A stretch of DNA of 64,000 nt, taken from Lytechinus pictus. Its lineage: Eukaryota. The stretch covers positions 21,826,001 to 21,890,000 of the forward strand of contig NC_087250.1 of NCBI RefSeq assembly GCF_037042905.1. The letters are read 5' to 3'. Shown here in pieces: positions 62,201 through 64,000 of the stretch. The notes beneath the pieces are model-generated. The model ran no database searches. It saw only the letters and a program-made list of their open reading frames with translations, and was not told the origin of the DNA. The translations under genes and the position numbers were made by a program. Every line of letters begins with the position of its first letter. The first letter of the stretch is position 1.

Positions 62201-63554
62201 GGAGGAAATTATTTGTAAATAAATTTTCGGCACTTCTCCTCCTATGTAGGAGTAATGCCGAAAATTTGTAGATTTTGAATTGCATTCATTGTTATCAAGA
62301 CAAAACACGTTAACCCATTTAATGTTTGTGTTAGAAATCAATTCATCCTGAAAAAATAGTTAATGTCAAGTTTGAAGGGGTCATAATTAACTAAATGTGT
62401 GATTTAGATATATCATCTCATGTGTCTGAACTGGCGAAATTTACTCATATATCCATACTGATTAGTAAAACTTTTATCTAGGTATGAGATCGACCTCATA
62501 ATAGGTCGTTGCCCAGTTTTTCAAGCAGACGACGTGCGAGAAAAAGACAACGATTTTGACAGACCTTCGGAATAATAAAAAGAAAATACAACGCTGCAGC
62601 AACTTATGAGATATAGAACGTGATAACATCATTAAAAAAAAGTCTCTTCAGCAATATCATATCTACAATTACGTGGAAGACGACTATTAAATGATTGATC
62701 GTGATTATCAGGCGATATTATTATTATCACCCGCTCGTCGATTTCATTAGAAACATAAACATAAATTACATCTCTTACTGATTAAACACAGTCTCGTGAC
62801 AGATTTGAAACGCCCCCGATGAACAAATAATTTTCTGTTTCCATGATGATCTGAAATAGATTAAATATCTTATTTGCTTTTGTAATTTTACAAGTGCCTT
62901 CTAAACAATTTTAATATTAACGATAAACTTTTTCTCGAACTTTTTGATTTTTTTTTACTAACGACACTGTCAAACTTGCCATAACACGCCTTTATTAAAT
63001 CAACTTTCATGCTATTCTGTTTGTAAATATAGTCCTTATGAAACAAAACCAACTTCATTAAATTCTTCGCCTTCAGCTGCGGTAAGTCTAATCTTTTCTT
63101 CAATGTTGAGTATGATATTGATATATCTTAGGAATCTATGTGGGTCTACATGTATGTTGATTATATTACTTTTGTTGAAAGTACACTTATATTTTTATTT
63201 TTATTATTATATAGAATGCAGTCATGACTCCTTATTATTAACATTAACAACTATTTCAATATAGTTACAGTGGGAATTATTGTCTTGTTACTTGTATTAT
63301 CATCATTCATGAATTAGTATTATCATAAGTAGTAGTGGGAGCAGTGTATTTAGTATCATCTTAACTATTACTTTGGTTTATGATAATAATAATACTAATG
63401 ATAATATTGATAATAATAATAATAATTGATATCATTATTGTTATTACTACTTTAATTACCATCATTATTACTACCATCATCATTATTATTATTATCATAA
63501 TTATTGATATTAATATTATTATTGTTGATATTATTTTTATCATTATCATTACTG

Positions 63555-63761
63555 CACTCTAAAAGTAAAATGTTAAATCAACATTTGAAAGATTTGTGGA
63601 GACACAACAATTTCTGATTGTTGCATTTACCACTGTAAATGGTGTGAACGAACATTTAAATTGTTGACTTTGGCTTTATGGAAGAATGGATATAACATTT
63701 CAAAATGTTTGTCACTCCTCCACCCTTTCAAATGTTGATTGAACATTTCATTTTTAGAGTG
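63555..63761. mobile_element. CACTC-ended palindromic MITE
   Basis: CACTCTAAAAGTAAAATGTTAAATCAACATTTGAAA / TTTCAAATGTTGATTGAACATTTCATTTTTAGAGTG. Confidence 0.7.
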
Positions 63762-63779
63762 TATTGTTATTTCAATTAT

Positions 63780-63901
63780 TGTTATTATCATTTCTCACCA
63801 CACCACCACCATCATAATCATCATCATTGTCATCATCATCATCATCATCATCATCATTGTCATCATCATCATCATCATCATCATTGTCATCATCATCATT
63901 G

Positions 63902-63933
<32 letters not shown>

Positions 63934-64000
63934 TTCGCCATTGTTATTTATTATTATTTAAGTATTATTATAAGAAAATTAATATCATCATCATCATCTA
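63780..64000 (+). repeat. (CAT)n / (ATT)n microsatellite
   Basis: Direct inspection. Confidence 0.85.

Overview
AT-rich animal genomic DNA with spliceosomal introns and dense microsatellites and MITEs; the repeat style suggests a marine invertebrate, probably a sea urchin (inference). Two minus-strand protein genes can be built by hand. (1) A complete cytoplasmic tryptophanyl-tRNA synthetase: 9 coding exons, 42301-50543, 405 aa, HVGH/AIDQ/KMSAS motifs, one GC-AG intron, and a probable 5'UTR exon with TATA/Inr near 52341-52462. (2) An SLC16/monocarboxylate-transporter-like MFS gene: 4 coding exons, 12129 to ~38832, whose best start codon is out of frame with the rest. Its 23.6-kb intron 1 holds a nested transposon stack. 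A decayed CR1/L2-type LINE is split by two large non-coding insertions only ~120 bp apart, each with its own 8-bp target-site duplication (TSD). One is an 8.5-kb foldback element (20721-29237): two ~4.1/4.4-kb inverted arms around a 32-bp spacer. The other is a 5.8-kb P-element-like insertion (29367-35206) carrying an apparently spliced non-coding cassette. Removing both, plus a 10-bp palindromic filler, restores the LINE endonuclease reading frame exactly. The rest is non-autonomous DNA transposons, tRNA-derived SINEs and simple repeats; I see no transposase ORF.
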